NCBI GenBank assembly: GCA_951406725.2
Contig: OX597818.1
Span: forward strand, 20,894,001 to 20,958,000
Reading direction: 5' to 3'
Source of the DNA: Octopus vulgaris
Taxonomy: Eukaryota
DNA: 64,000 nt
Shown here: one piece after another, positions 1-14,018 of the stretch
How positions within the stretch are numbered: position 1 is the stretch's first letter
Layout of the letters: each line of letters begins with the position of its first letter
Position numbers and translations under genes: made by a program
The notes under the pieces: generated by a model
Databases searched by the model: none
The model's input: the letters and a program-made list of their open reading frames with translations, nothing else
Told to the model about the DNA's origin: nothing

Positions 1-1104
1 CCTAACCTTGACCTAAGGCTCCTTTAATGGAATTTCAACATCAACAACAGGGTATTTTTGGTATGTATGTATGTATGTATGTATGTATGTATGTATGTAT
101 GTATGTATGTATGTATGTATGTGTATGTATGTATGCATGTATGTGCAGATTTGTATGTTTTATTTTATGTCTTCTCATGCACATACTTGCATCTAGGCAT
201 GCTCATATATACTTAAATAATAAACTTCTGAAAAGTTTTACAGATTTTTACAGTTCCAGTGATGGCTTGGATTTGTAGTCTACGAATCAGCTTTCCCCTT
301 CCTGGTTTTGAGAACCTTGTATTTAGGCAGTGTGTTACATATCTCAGTGCCCCATTAATTGTATGTATGTATGTATGTATGTCATTATTCAGTTTTATTT
401 CAAGATTTCTTGCCAATTGAGAAAGAGCCGGTTCCTAACCTAGTCCGAAGGCTCCTTCAATGGAATTTCAACACCATCAACGGGGTATTTGTGCATGTGT
501 GTATATATATGTGTAGTATTTGGAGTCGGTGCATGTGTAGATTTGTATATATGTATGTGTTATATGTGTATATGTATGTATGTATGTATGTTTGCGTATG
601 TATCTTTGGTTTGTCGCCCCCTCCGTTTGACAACCGGTATCGGTTTGTTCACGTCTCCGTAACCTATCAGTTCGGCAAAAGATACCAAAAGGATAAATAG
701 GAAACTTAGAAATAAGTGCTCGACTAAACCTCGCAAGACAGTGCCCCAGCATGGCCGCAGTCAAATGACTGAAACAAGTAAAAGATAAACAAGTTTAGAA
801 GGAAATGTTCCGCAAATATTCCTCGTGTTGAAACGCATGTATGTCTTCTATATCAGCAATATTTGCTACATCTGTCCCAGATAGTCTTACCTATGGATGG
901 CATTTCTTTTATCTTTTACTTGATTCTGTCATTAGGTTGCGGCCATGCTGGGGCACCGCCTCGCAGAATTTTTAGTCGAATGAATGGTCACCGGTACTTT
1001 TTTTTAAGCCTGGTACTTACTCTATCGGTCACTGTTGCCGAACTGCTAAGTTACGAGGGCGTAAACACACTAATACCGACTGTCCAGCGGTAGTGAGGGA
1101 CAAA

Positions 1105-1139
<35 letters not shown>

Positions 1140-1140
1140 T

Positions 1141-1174
<34 letters not shown>

Positions 1175-1647
1175 GAGAGAGAGAGATAGAGAGACAGACA
1201 GACAGACAGAAAGAAAGAAAGAGAGAGACAGAGAGAGAGAGAAGAATAGAAAGATTTATGCATATGCGTATATGTCTACCTTATTTTTTCATATGTATAT
1301 GTGTATGTGTGTGACTCTATACGTTAGCATCTGTGTACGTATGCATGTGTCTATTTATGAATTTAAGTTCCCGTTCTATTTCTCAAATTTCAATCCAACA
1401 GAGATAGTGCCTTACTCCAAAACAGAAACGAATCTCTTTGAAATTTAGCCATCAACTATCCCATTAACAAAACCTCACTCTGATTCTGCCGGTCACTGTC
1501 TTAGTGTACTTACTTCCAACATCTCAAAGGCAATGGAGATAGCCTTTACTAAGATGTCCTGTAACACAATGATTTTCACTTTCCTCCGTAATGATCAGAT
1601 CGTACCCAACCATCTTAAAACGTAATGGATAAACTAAATAAAGCAGT

Positions 1648-1678
<31 letters not shown>

Positions 1679-2357
1679 AGAAAACAAGACGATGTGGTTA
1701 AAGTTGAAAGCCTTTGATTATAAGTCAGCTTAATCAGGTCTGACCAAAGATTGAACAACAACAAACACTAAATCAACTCTAAATCGACACTAAGGTTCGT
1801 TTACATCTTCCTTCTTTCATTAACGACGACTTGCTCTAAGCGACTAACGACTCTTACATCTATGAAGATGAAACACTCCTAACTCTTCCTTAGCATACAA
1901 CACACAGACATCACCCACATGTAGTCTAAATACCTTGTGCTGGGCTGAACAGTCGAGTCACCATCAATACATCGTTCAAAAGGAAAGATTGTCAAAAGAC
2001 AGTCACTGTATAAAACTAGTGAAACAATCTTGATATATCACCCTCTTTAGTTACAAATAGTAGTAGCTAATGGAGGAAGGAAGTAGACGTAAACGAACCT
2101 CTGTTGGTGTGCAATTTGAGAAACAAAACAGAAACATATATTCGTACCCTGATAAAGGTAGCCGGACTTACAGTGATATTTCTATGTGACTGTTTACTGG
2201 TTGCATACCCAAGGCTCTTTGTACATTCCACCTGCTGATTATGAACATTACGATTATTACGAAATTCCGAGTTTCCTGAAACAGCTGTCGAGTTAAGAAA
2301 TTGTGTATTCTCTTCTTGGTGTTCTAAATTTTGTATACTCTGTGTAAATATATTTGC

Positions 2358-2391
<34 letters not shown>

Positions 2392-3515
2392 TTACCTTTA
2401 TGAATATAAGTAGCTATATGTATCTATAGATATCTACATGGCTCAGTGGGTAGAGCGTTGGACTCACAATCATGTGTGTTGTGTTCTTGAGAAAGACACT
2501 TTATTTCACATTGCTCCAGTTGACTCAGCTGTAGAAATGAGTTGTGATGCTACAGGTGCCAAGATGTATTGGTCTTTGCTTTTTCCTTTGACAACATCAG
2601 TGGCACGGAGAGGGGAGACTGGTATGCATGGGCAACTGCTGGTCTTCTACAAACAACTTTGCCCGGAGTTGTGCCTCAGAGGGTCACTTTCAAGGTGCAA
2701 TCCCATGGTCGTTTATGACCGAAAGCTGTCTATACCCTTTACCCTATATATATATATGTACGTGTAAGTATGTATATACATCAAGCCTAATCGTATTTAT
2801 TTGTATCACTATCTCCATATCAGCTTGCCTGGATATCTCTTATAGCCACTCCAGACGTTGTCAACGAAGTCCTGAATAAAGTATTTGAAGTAAAGTTCAA
2901 TTCACTCGAGCACTACTATGTGTTTTCTATACTGTTTTCTATACTGAGCTTTCACCTATACACGCAAGTGCAGATGCTAACATATAAATGAATGATATTA
3001 CAATATCCCTACTCCCTGAACAGGACGCCTGTCATCACAGTGTTAATCATTTACAGCTGAGTGAACTAGGGTAAGTGGAATGAGCTGTTTTTTTCTCAAG
3101 ACCGTCCGGTTCGGGAATCGAAACTACGATCAGAAGGTCGCAAGTGCAAAACCCCTAGCCACTCGGCCACGCGCCTTCACTAATCATAAATGCCATGCAT
3201 TTAAAATAAAAGTTACTAGAAATGCTAACTCTGACGAGTACACCAGCGGTGTATATAGTTTGAGCGTGCTAGGTGGGTGCTACACATTTACAAAATATGG
3301 TAAATTAGTATTTATTATAAAATCAGGTCGTACTTTGCTTTCAGATCATATAATATACACTCAAAAACAAAGATTAAGTTCAAGTAATACAGGTAATTCG
3401 CCGACTTTCTAGATTCTGACAATCCGGAACCTTACGAGCAGGAACTTCTGATTTCTGCACCCGCCATACTAGTTTACAGGTACCTTGCACAAACTAGTAT
3501 CGAGCACGGTATATT

Positions 3516-4127
3516 CCTTTCTACTATAAGCACAAGGCCTGAAATTTGGTGTTGGAGGATAGTCGGTTATATTGACCCAGGCATTCAACTGGTATTTAAT
3601 TTATCGACCCCGAAAGGATGAAAAGCAAACTCGGCCTCGGCGGAATTTGAACGCAGAACGTAACGGCAGACGAAATACTGCGAAGCATTTCGCCCGGCGT
3701 ACTAACGATTCTTAATTCTTTACTGTCCACAAGGGGATACACACAGAGGGAACAAACAAGGACAGACAAACGGATTAAGTCGATTTTATCGACCCCAGTG
3801 CGTAACTGGTACTTATTTAATCGACCCCGAAAGGATGAAAGGCAAAGTCGACCTCGGCGGAATTTGAACTCAGAACGTAGCGGCAGACGAAATACCTATT
3901 TCTTTACTATCCACAAGGGGCTAAACACAGAGAGGACAAACAAGGACAGACAAACGGATTAAGTCGATTATGTCAACCCCAGTGCGTTACTGGTACTTAA
4001 TTTATCGACCCCGAAAGGATGAAAGGCAAAGTCGACCTCGGCGAAATTTGAACTCAGAACGTAACGGCAGACGAAATACGGCTACGCATTTCGCCCGGCG
4101 TGCTAACGTTTCTGCCAGCTCGCCGCC
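3516..4127 (-). mobile_element. Chain of three tRNA-derived SINE units (core gcctttcatcctttcggggtcgataaattaagtaccag)
   Basis: B-box gagttcaaattcc and one head with repeated core+tail units. The core resembles the Meta/MESC SINE domain (from recall). Confidence 0.85.
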
Positions 4128-4869
4128 TCACCGAGCACAGTATATTATTAATAAATTTGTATGATTTATACCAATGTTCAAGTACCCGTTTTTCATTTAA
4201 TTATTTTAAGTAAATTTGATGCTTGCTTAATTTAAGGCGGTGAGCTACTGTAATCGTTAGCACGCTGGGAAAAATGCTTAGCAGCATTTCGTCCGTCTTT
4301 ACGTTCTGAATTCAAATTTCACCAAGGTCGACCTAGTCTTTTATCCTTTCGGGATCGACAAAATAAGCACCGGTTGGCTACTGAAGTCGATGTAATCGAC
4401 TTAACCACCCTTCCCCCGTAATTACAGGCTTTGTGCTAAAATTTGGAACCAATATTTATTTAATTTAGAGTGCGACAACTCTTGACTCGAAAAATTCAGT
4501 AATCCGTAATAGTTGCGGAACTACATATTCTGGAAAGTCAATGTTGTGCCTTTTCACGAATAGAAATACCTTAACGTTTGAATATTTAATTCTTAGAAAT
4601 GATTATACCAGAGTAGTGAAAATGATTAAGCCAGAGTAATGATAACAACCACAATACGCCCCTGAACCTCCGCATACATAACATAGCGAAGACGAGCTTT
4701 CCTCTTTAAGGCGGGAAAATACTTCAGCTTCAGTCAGTTGCTCGTCATCAATATAGACTAAGACTTACAATACATCTGAGACAGAGCTGCTGCAACTACA
4801 CGCTCGTCCTAGACCAGTGTTTTTCAACGGGGTGGGCCTGCGAGGGTTAAAAGAGTAAGGAGCGAAAAA

Positions 4870-5508
4870 AATTGTCGATAAATTAAGTACCAGTTGCACA
4901 CTGGGGTCGATGTAATCGACTTAATACCTATGTCTGTCCTTGTTTGTCCCCTCTGTATGTAGCCACTTGTGGGTAGTAAAGAAATAGGTATTTCGTCTGT
5001 CTTTACGTTCTGAGTTCAAATTCCGCCGAGGTTGACTTTGCTTTTCATCCTTTCGGGGTCGATAAACTAAGTACCAGTTGAGTACTGGGGTAGATCTAAT
5101 CGACTGGCCCCCACTCCCCCAAAATTTCGGGCCTTGTGCCTAGAGAAGAAAAGAATCGTTAGAAAGCCGGGCGAAATGCGTAGCCGTATTTCGTGTGCTT
5201 ATGTTCTGAGTTCAAATTCCGCCAAGGTCGATTTTGCCTTTCATCCTTTCGGGGGTCGATTAAATAAGAATCGACTTAATCCGTCTGTCTGTCCTTGTTT
5301 GTCCCCTCTGTGTGTAGTCCCTTGTGGGTAGTAAAGAAATAGGTGTTTCGTCTGCCGTTACGTTCTGAGTTCAAACTCCGCCGAGGTCGACTTTGCTTTT
5401 CATCCTATCGGGGTCGATAAATTGAGTACCAGTTGAGTACAGAGGTGGATGTAATCGACTGTCTCCCTCCCCAAAATTTCAGGCCTTGTGCCTATAGCAG
5501 AAAGGATC
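4870..5508 (+). mobile_element. Chain of four SINE units, same family
   Basis: Repeated core with alternating tail types. Confidence 0.85.
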
Positions 5509-7474
5509 ATATATAGATAGATATGTGTGTATATATGTATATATGTATGTATACTTACATACATATAGACATATATACATGCACACACATGCACACAAAT
5601 ATGCACTCATACATAGCATAGCCTGCGGTATGTTTAGACATAGATACATATGTATGTGCATACTTGAGTACAAAAAAATGCAGATCTGTGCATGCAATGA
5701 CAGGTATACATACACTTACACTCACACCTACCCATCCAAGACCCCCCGCACACACACACACACATACATGCATATATATACAAACATGAATACAGGCTTA
5801 CGAACTAACATATATACATAATTCATATTGCCTAAATCCCAGTGAAAGAGCCTAGAGCCTTCTTTCTAGGTTAACCAATGGTTCTTTATGAGTGAGAAAT
5901 TTGAAATATAACACTAGAAGCATAAACACACACAGACACACATTTGTTATACCTGTGACTACAGGACTTGTTAGTAATGGAACTGACTGTATGAGTACCA
6001 TTCTTCAAAAAGGTGGCCTTCACAAAAGCAGAAACGACATAGCTAATTAGATAATTACCAGCCAGTAATGTAAATTGCAAAAATATGTAAAATATTCTTG
6101 AGGTTCGGTACACAAAACACATACATAGACATGTGTAGACATACAAACATATCTTTAAACATAATTAATTCAAACATACAAACATGCATACATACATACA
6201 TACATACATACATAGTCATGCACACAAACAAACATACATACATACATACATACAATCATTCAAACATACATATATACATACATACATCCATACATACATA
6301 CATACATACACTTGCACTGAGTCCAAATACTGCACATATACACACATACATCAAAAATATCCTGTTGATATTTTTGAAATTTCGATGAAGGAGCCTTGGA
6401 TCTGGGTTAGAAATCGGATCTTTCTCTATTAGCAAGAAATCTTGAAATAAAACTGAATATTGTCATAATAAACAGTGGCCCAGCAACAAAATTTGCTAAG
6501 GGGTGCAAACCCAGGTCCTAATTTTTTTAATGAAAAATGTGGATTTTTCCAATGTTAACATTAAAACAAATGCAGATATAATAATTTTTATTATTATGAT
6601 GGTCCGCTGAAATGTTCATAATCTGAACAAGACACTCTCAATGGAATGTGACCAAATGAAGTTCATTGACAGTACCAGTACTGATACGATGATTTGGGAT
6701 ACTTGATTGGGCAGTAAAGGAAATTTGTTCCATAGATATCGGTTTCAAATTTTGCCACAAGACCAGCAATTTCAAGGTAGGGGGTAAATCCATTACTTCA
6801 AACCGTGATCAACTGGCTCCTGTCTTATCGATTCCGAAAGGATGAAAAGTAAAGTCGACCTCCACAGTGTTTGAACTCGGAACGTAAAACCTGAAGAAAT
6901 GCTGCAAAGTAATTTGTCCAGCGGGCTAAGGATTCTGCCAGTTCGCCGCTTTCATACAAGCACACAAATAATGGCTTCAAATTCTGCCACAAGGCCAGCG
7001 ATATTAGGAGTGCAATAAGTCGATTAAATTGGCCCCACTCTTCAACTGATATTTATTTTATTGACCTCGAAATAATGAAAGGTAAAGTCGATCTCGGCAA
7101 GATTTGAACTCAAAGCCTTAAGACGAGCGAAATGCCACTGTTTCGCCCGGCGCGCCAGTTCGTCGCATTCTGTTCCAAAGATATTACACCTGCAAACCTT
7201 CTGACGTCAACCGGAAGCTTGCACGGTAATAATGATAGAGACAGGACTAAGAAAATTGACTTACGATCAGCTTTTGATTTAAGACCGTCTTTGAATAGCA
7301 TGGGGAGGGGGTATCGTTCAAACAGAATCAGTTAAACGACAGCAGTAAAAGTCCTTAAAAGTGAAGAGAATACATTACGAGTTTTCTATTGAAGTACACA
7401 CTTCTTTAGGAAATTGGTGAAAACTCAGAGCGACCAGTGATATGAATTTAAACAGCAAAAACGAATATAGATAT

Positions 7475-8177
7475 ATTCTTTTCTACTCTAGGCACAAGGC
7501 CCGAAATTTTGGGGGAGGGAGCCAGTCGATTAGATCGATCCAAGTACGCAGCTGGTACTTAATTTATCGACTCCGAAAGGATGACAGGTAAAGTCGACCT
7601 CAGCGGAATTTGAATTCAGAATGTAAAGACAGACGCGCTAACGTTTCTTATTTCTTTATTGCCTACAAGGGGCTAAACATAGAGGGGACAAACAAGGACA
7701 GACAAAGGAATTAAGTCGATTACATCGACGCCAGTGCGTAACTGGTACTTAATTTATCGACCCCGAAAGGATGAAAGGCAAAGTCAACCTCGGCGAAATT
7801 TGAACTCAGAACGTAACGGCAGACGAAATACCTATTTCTTTACTACCCACAAGGGGCTAAACACAGAGGGGACAAACAAGGACAGACAAAGGGATTAAGT
7901 CGATTATATCGACCTCAGTGCGTAACTGGTACTTATTTAATCGACCCCGAAAGGATGAAAGGCAAAGTCGACCTCGGCAGAATTTGAACTCAGAACTTAA
8001 TGGCGGACGAAATACGGCTTCGCATTTCGCCCAGAGTGCTAACGTTTCTGCCAGCTCGCCGCCTTCGGATATAGATATTCTTTTCTACTCTAGGCACAAT
8101 GCCCGAAATTTGGAGGGAGGGGTCCAGTCGATTAGATAGACCCCGGCGTGCTAACGTTTCTGCCAACTTGCCGCCTT
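7475..8177 (-). mobile_element. Chain of SINE units, same family; flanking cgaatatagatat-like motif occurs three times
   Basis: Three cores plus a partial duplicate. Confidence 0.85.
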
Positions 8178-8427
8178 CGAATATAGATATATTAAATAAA
8201 TACCATACACGTGATTTACACCTACAAACAAAAATACATTCACACGCTCATTCCAATACGCATGAATATTGGGTAGGGGGGACAATCTTGTACAGTAAAA
8301 CAAACTCAAAGGCTGTCTTGTTCTGATCATCATTCTTTGTATTCACTCTTCAAATTTTAAGAAGTTTTTATTGATTTTCATTGTTGCATGTAAGTAATTT
8401 CAAAGAATCTCTATCCATCATAGGAAA

Positions 8428-8813
8428 TCTCTCTCTATATAAACGGCAGTTTGTCTGTGCGTGTTTCTGTGTGTCTGTTTGCTTGTACCCTCACTCTGAC
8501 CACGGCTTTCAACCGATTCTGATGAAACTTGACACACACATAGCCCAATATCATAATTCAAAACTAACGCAGCGAAAATTTTGAAAAGTTCCCCAGTTCT
8601 GAAAAAATTGATAAATTCGACATGGGGTCGAGAATTAAAAAAAAACAAACCACAGACTGTCTAGGGGACGCAACTCAACCTTTTTTTACTCTCAAAAAAA
8701 AATTTACCATCATTTTTCTTCCATTTTTTTGCTATTTTTTGGCTATAACTCTCTAAAAATGCTTTATAGTTATTTCCCTTACAAACCTGAGCAACGCCGG
8801 GCGATACTGCTAG
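8428..8813 (+). mobile_element. Non-autonomous Helitron
   Basis: A|TC...subterminal hairpin cctgagcaacgccggg...CTAG|T. Confidence 0.85.
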
Positions 8814-9710
8814 TATTTATTAACTGTATTACAACATAGTGAAGGCGCACAGCTTAGTGGTTAGGGTATTCGGCTCACGTTCGTAAGGTCTTGAGTTCGA
8901 TTCTCAGCGGTGTGTTGCGTCCTTGAGCAAGATACTTTATTTCCCGCTGTTCCAGTCCACTCAGCAGACAACAATGAGTAGTACCTGTATTTCAATACAC
9001 AACACAGAATGCGCCATATTCAACAGCAATACGCAGTCAGTTATGCTGTAATAACTGGCACTCCATCGATTACAATGACAAGGGTTCCAGTTGATCCGAT
9101 CAATGGAAATTAACGTGCAGGTGGCTGAGCACTCCACAGACATGCATACCCTTAACAGAGCTCTCATGGAGATTCAGCGTGACACAGAATGTGAATTACA
9201 AGTACATCTCATTTTTGGCTGTGTTGTATGATGTATATTATGTGTTGTATTTTGTGTTGTGTGATATTCTTTTGTTATTTGTTTCAGTCATTTGACTGCG
9301 GTCATGCTGGAGCCTTTAGTCGAGCAAATCGCCCCCAGGACTTATTCTTTGTAAGCCTAGTACTTACTCTATCAGTCTCTCAGGCCGAACCGCTAAGTTA
9401 CGGGGACGTAAACACACCAGCATCGGTTGTCAAGCGATGTTGGGGAGGACAAACACAGACACACAAACATACACACACACACATATGTGTATATATATAT
9501 ATATATGAGTAATTGAATGAATTATCTTATTAAGGATAATTCGAAAGATAACCGATACCTGGGTAGCAAATTCACATCAGAAAGAATACGGTTGAAGCTA
9601 CGTCGCTAGGGCATAGACTACGTGTCTTCGTGCGGAAATTTGTATGTTTATTTTAAAATTATAAGTATATGAAAGAATGGAGTTGAACGACTAGTTAACA
9701 AATATCCTTT

Positions 9711-9795
9711 ATTCTCGACATATGTTTCGAAGGCTGCATATTCCTAATTCCGAAGGAATAAGGAGTACATTATGCAGATTTCTCTTCAGGAAAAT
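9711..9795 (-). ncRNA. Type I hammerhead ribozyme motif (canonical core, GUC site)
   Basis: Minus: auuuuc-CUGAAGA-long stem II-GAAA-CAUAUG-UC-gagaau; stem I 6 bp. Confidence 0.75.
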
Positions 9796-11991
9796 CAAGG
9801 AAACTTATGTCGACATCAAAATGCACAAAAAACTTTTAGCTGACTGCTCTCAAGGAGCCCATACATATATGTATGTATATATGTCATTTTATTTGTCCCT
9901 AGAATATCTCTCTCTCACTCTCTCTTCCTCTCTCTCTTTCACTCTCTCTTCCTCTCTCTCTTTCACTCTCTTCCTTACCCTCTGTCTGTCTGCCTAATTA
10001 TCTCTCTGTCTATATATTTTTCAGAATTGCGATATTGGAGACAAATCGCGCCGGAAAAGTTTCTCAAATCCGGAAACCATAGAAAAGTGAGTAAAATATC
10101 TATTGCTGATATCGTTGTTATTATCGTTTTAATACGTTATAAAGGTTAAATAGTTAAGTGACAAATTATCAGAAACATTACAGCGCTGAACTGAATAAAT
10201 TACAGTATGTAATTTCATTATTTACTTCCTAATCTGCCTTTAATTGTTTAACTGACGATAAGATATATATACAACATATATATTGAGATCGGATCCCTCA
10301 GCTATGACAGGGGTTGTCGGCTGGTGCGTCGTTCGCGGAGCCAAAGCGCTGGTGAGACCATAACTATCTCCGGGTCCATCCTTTAAAATAATCACAGTTC
10401 ACGTTTGAACCCCACCGCACACACGCGCGTGCATACCACTCCCGGTTTCGAAAACGGTCTTGTTGCACCTTAGTAAATCTTACTTGGATGCTCTGCCTTT
10501 AAATTACTTCTCTTATTTATAAAACTCTCTTTTTTGTCTCACTGTCAGACGAAGAGTAAGGTCCAAAAATAACGTCAGTTTCTTCACTCTTTCTACATTC
10601 GAAACAGGGATCTGGCCTGAGGTGAACTTCTTCACTTCTCCCCACCAATCTCTGGGGCCTGAAAATGAACAGAGACGCTTACCTTTCTCCCCAGACATAA
10701 GCGAAAAGAAAGAAAATTTGTTTCCTAAGATTTCAGGTTTTAAATACAATATATAGGGTAAAGATCCCCTTCGGTCATGAATAGCCATGGGATTGCACCT
10801 AGAAAGTGACCCTCTGAGGGCACATGTCCGAGCAAGATTGTTTATGGAATATCAGCAGTCGCCCATCCATGCCAGCCTCCTTTCACCACGCCATCGATTT
10901 TATCCAAGCGAAAGACAAAGACCGATACAGCTTGGCACCTGTGACGTCGCAACTCATTTCTATAGCTGAGTGTGAACTGAAGCAACGTGAAATAAAGTGA
11001 CTTACTCAAGAACAAAACATACAGCCCGGTCCGGGAATCGAACTCACTACCTCATGATTGTGAACCCAATATATCAAGGTCTATATAATCCAATGCATTC
11101 TTCCTCTTTTAGGACGGCATGGTTCGATCTGACAATGATAAGTATGTAAACGATCACACAATCAGGTTCGATCTTCTAAACACACTATATTACCTTCTCT
11201 TATTCGAAAAATTTGCTGTTCACTCTGAAATGTGATGATATGCACTATGTCAGTACTCTCAACTCGCGGTCCTGTAAATAAACTCCCATGGCTCTCGTGC
11301 CAAAATTTTCATTAGTGAAATCCAGATTTAGACCAAAGCTTCAAATATTAAGGGTTTCTATAACTAACACAACAGTGAGCATTAAACTTGCTGAGAAAGT
11401 TCAGCCTTAAATATCACATTAAAGTCGTAAGGGTTTCTCAAGCTAACATGACGTTAGACTTAACTAACTTTGTTCATTAAAATTTGTATCATATGTTTTA
11501 CTTGAATCTTCGACATGATTGTTAAATTTAAATCTAGTCCTTCGATCGATAATACACAGTTCAGCATTTGCACGTTTAGTATACGACTTTTACTGAATTA
11601 CCCTCCAAATTTGGCTCTTCCAATTGTTCCTTTAAAAAGTTGGCGACGACTGTTCTGTGTACAATGTCACAAGGATTTTTTTCTCCCCCAATTCAGTCTG
11701 TTTCTATATCATACAAAGTTATTTTTGCTGGTCATGACAAGAATGGGTAAGGAATCTTCATCGTCGTCTTTCGACAGACATGAGTGTGCAGCCTGAAATT
11801 CTACATATTATCTACGAATATGATGCAGGGAATTTCTAGAAGAAAGAAAATACCATTGTAATTGGGAATTGATAACAGCTGTACCATACTCTAGGCACTA
11901 GATAACATCACTGAAAGGGGAAATCCTGCAACCGAGAATTAAACTTAGGTCTCCAAGTTTGATTTTCGGTTTTCAACTGCTTGGAAGATTA

Positions 11992-12533
11992 CCGTAAATT
12001 CTCGAGTATAGTCCACCCTAGAGTATAATACGCAGGGAATTTTTAGGGGGCTGTACCTCTGAAAAACTTAAGCCTTGTATATAATACGCACCCCTTCTCT
12101 AACTTGAGTCAAGGAGGTCTATATAACGTCCTTGGTTTGTAAAAATGTTTACGGTAACGTCCTTGGTTTGTAAAACTGTATACGGTAACGTCCTTTATTA
12201 TTATTGTATACATAACATAATGCAAACGTGTAGCTTTTTTGTGCATTTTGTTTGCAGAAAATAAAGAAATAACAGTAATAACGTTTAATAAATGTTGCTT
12301 ACTGCAAGTTATGGATGATTCTTTTATGACTTCATTGCTTTCAGGCTTAGCTTAAGGTATTTTCGCGCCCGATACCACAAAATGCGTCTGAATAAACATT
12401 GTCGGACAGCAAATAGAGTCTCGAACATTGCTTAGAAAACATTTTTCATTTTTAACCTCGTATATAATACGCACTAGAGATTTTGACCTTTAAATTTTGT
12501 GGGGAAATGCGGATTATACTCGAGGATTTACGG
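11992..12533. mobile_element. Tc1/mariner-pogo-type MITE
   Basis: TA|ccgtaaattctcgagtata ... tatactcgaggatttacgg|TA; internal ~31-bp tandem duplication. Confidence 0.85.
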
Positions 12534-13223
12534 TAATTTGCAAATTTATTTCCCTTACATCTTTAAATCGATTTTGGGGTGTGTGCTAAAGCATTGTTTC
12601 CCCTTAATTACTAATAATTTCACTAGTTGTCTCCCTTGTCCAAGTTTAAATGCTCTCCCTTGAAATTAGCACAATAGGCAAAGCTACGTACACTAACAAC
12701 TCGAAGAAAGTAATTTTCTATATTGTAACGACTGTCATGAAAATCATATAAATGAAATGGCCATCTCAATAACTAATCAATATTGTTCTTTTTTAACACG
12801 GTCAGCTCACAGAATCGTTGGTACGTCGGGCAAAATGCTTTGCAGGATTTTGTCCGTCTTAACGTTCTGAGTTGAAATTCCACCGCCGTCAGCTTTGTCT
12901 CTCATCCTTTCAGGGTCGATAAAATAAGTACCAGTTGAACACTGGGGTCGATCTAATCGACTTACACCCTCCGCTAAAATTGCTGGCCTTGTGCCAAAAT
13001 TTGAAACCAATATTGTTCTTCTTCAGTCATTTAATCGATGTATATTAGTAGTTATACTTGGTGATAGACTATCATATTTTCGTTACATGTTTATTTATAT
13101 TTAATTTTATGGAATTAGTTACAGATTTTCAACGAACTAGGTTCACCATATTTACAATACTGAAAGTGAAAAGGAAGTATATAGGCGGAACAAAAGCCAC
13201 AAAACATGTTGTTCAAAAGCACC

Positions 13224-13270
<47 letters not shown>

Positions 13271-13669
13271 TCTTCTTCTTCTTCTTCTTCTACCACCTTT
13301 CTCCTCCTCTCCCATCCTTCTCCTCTCTCCCCTTCTCTTTCTTCCTATCTCTCTTGTCAACAAAATACTAAGTTCAAAGCATTAGGAAATAGTTCTAATA
13401 GCATACACATTTTAAAATATGTTGTGTACTTTACCAATAAAAGATACCAGTGTTTTCATACAATTTAGCTTTTTTTCTTTCTCTTTTTATCTATTTTATG
13501 TCAAGAAGTAAACTTCTTATAGTTCATTAGTAAACATATTTCCAATATAAATTTTAGAGCCCATAAGTAAACTTATAGAACATAAGAAAATATAGATATC
13601 CTAAATTATAGATCATAAATTAATATATAGATGCCCTCTTGTCATAAACCTTCAACTGTTTCCATGCAA

Positions 13670-14018
13670 ATCATTGCCAGAGCAGCTGACTAATTTCTGT
13701 GCCGGTGGCATGTGTAAAAACATTCGAGAAAGGTTGCCAGTGCCACTGGACTGGCTCCTGTGCATGTGGCACATAAAAAGCACCATTTGAGTGTAGCTGT
13801 TGCCAGTACCACCTGACTGACCCTCGTGCCGGTGGCACATAAAAGCACCCACTACACTCTCGGAGTGGTTGGCATTAGGAAGGGCATCCAGCTGTAGAAA
13901 TTTTGCCAGATCAGACTGGAACCTGCTGCAGTCATCTGGTTCGCCACTCCTCAGTCAAATCGTCCAACCCATGCTAGCATGGAAAGCAGATGTTAAACGA
14001 TGATGATGATGATGATGA
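13670..14018 (+). mobile_element. RTE 3'UTR fragment
   Basis: Homologous to the 15689 element 3'UTR; ends ccaacccatgctagcatggaaa...(gat)n. Confidence 0.8.

Noticed and set aside
385-490. Repeat family (also 1-60, ~5850, 6355-6465, ~55460) with tgaaggagcc...ggttagaaaccgg resembling a hammerhead
   Set aside because: The 5' core and stem I are inconsistent across copies, so I could not fold it convincingly; worth including in a relaxed search
10250-10310. CTGACGA...GAGA-tcgga-TC hammerhead-like string
   Set aside because: GAAA is mutated and there is no stem I
10040-10500. CpG-richer patch with CCGGAA motifs and donor-like sites (10086, ~10356)
   Set aside because: Could be a distal promoter or first exon, but there is no supporting evidence
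10484-10788. Minus-strand ORF/exon-like segment (MSGEK|gtaagc)
   Set aside because: The implied intron is only ~25 nt, there is no recognisable protein, and the start lies in a SINE
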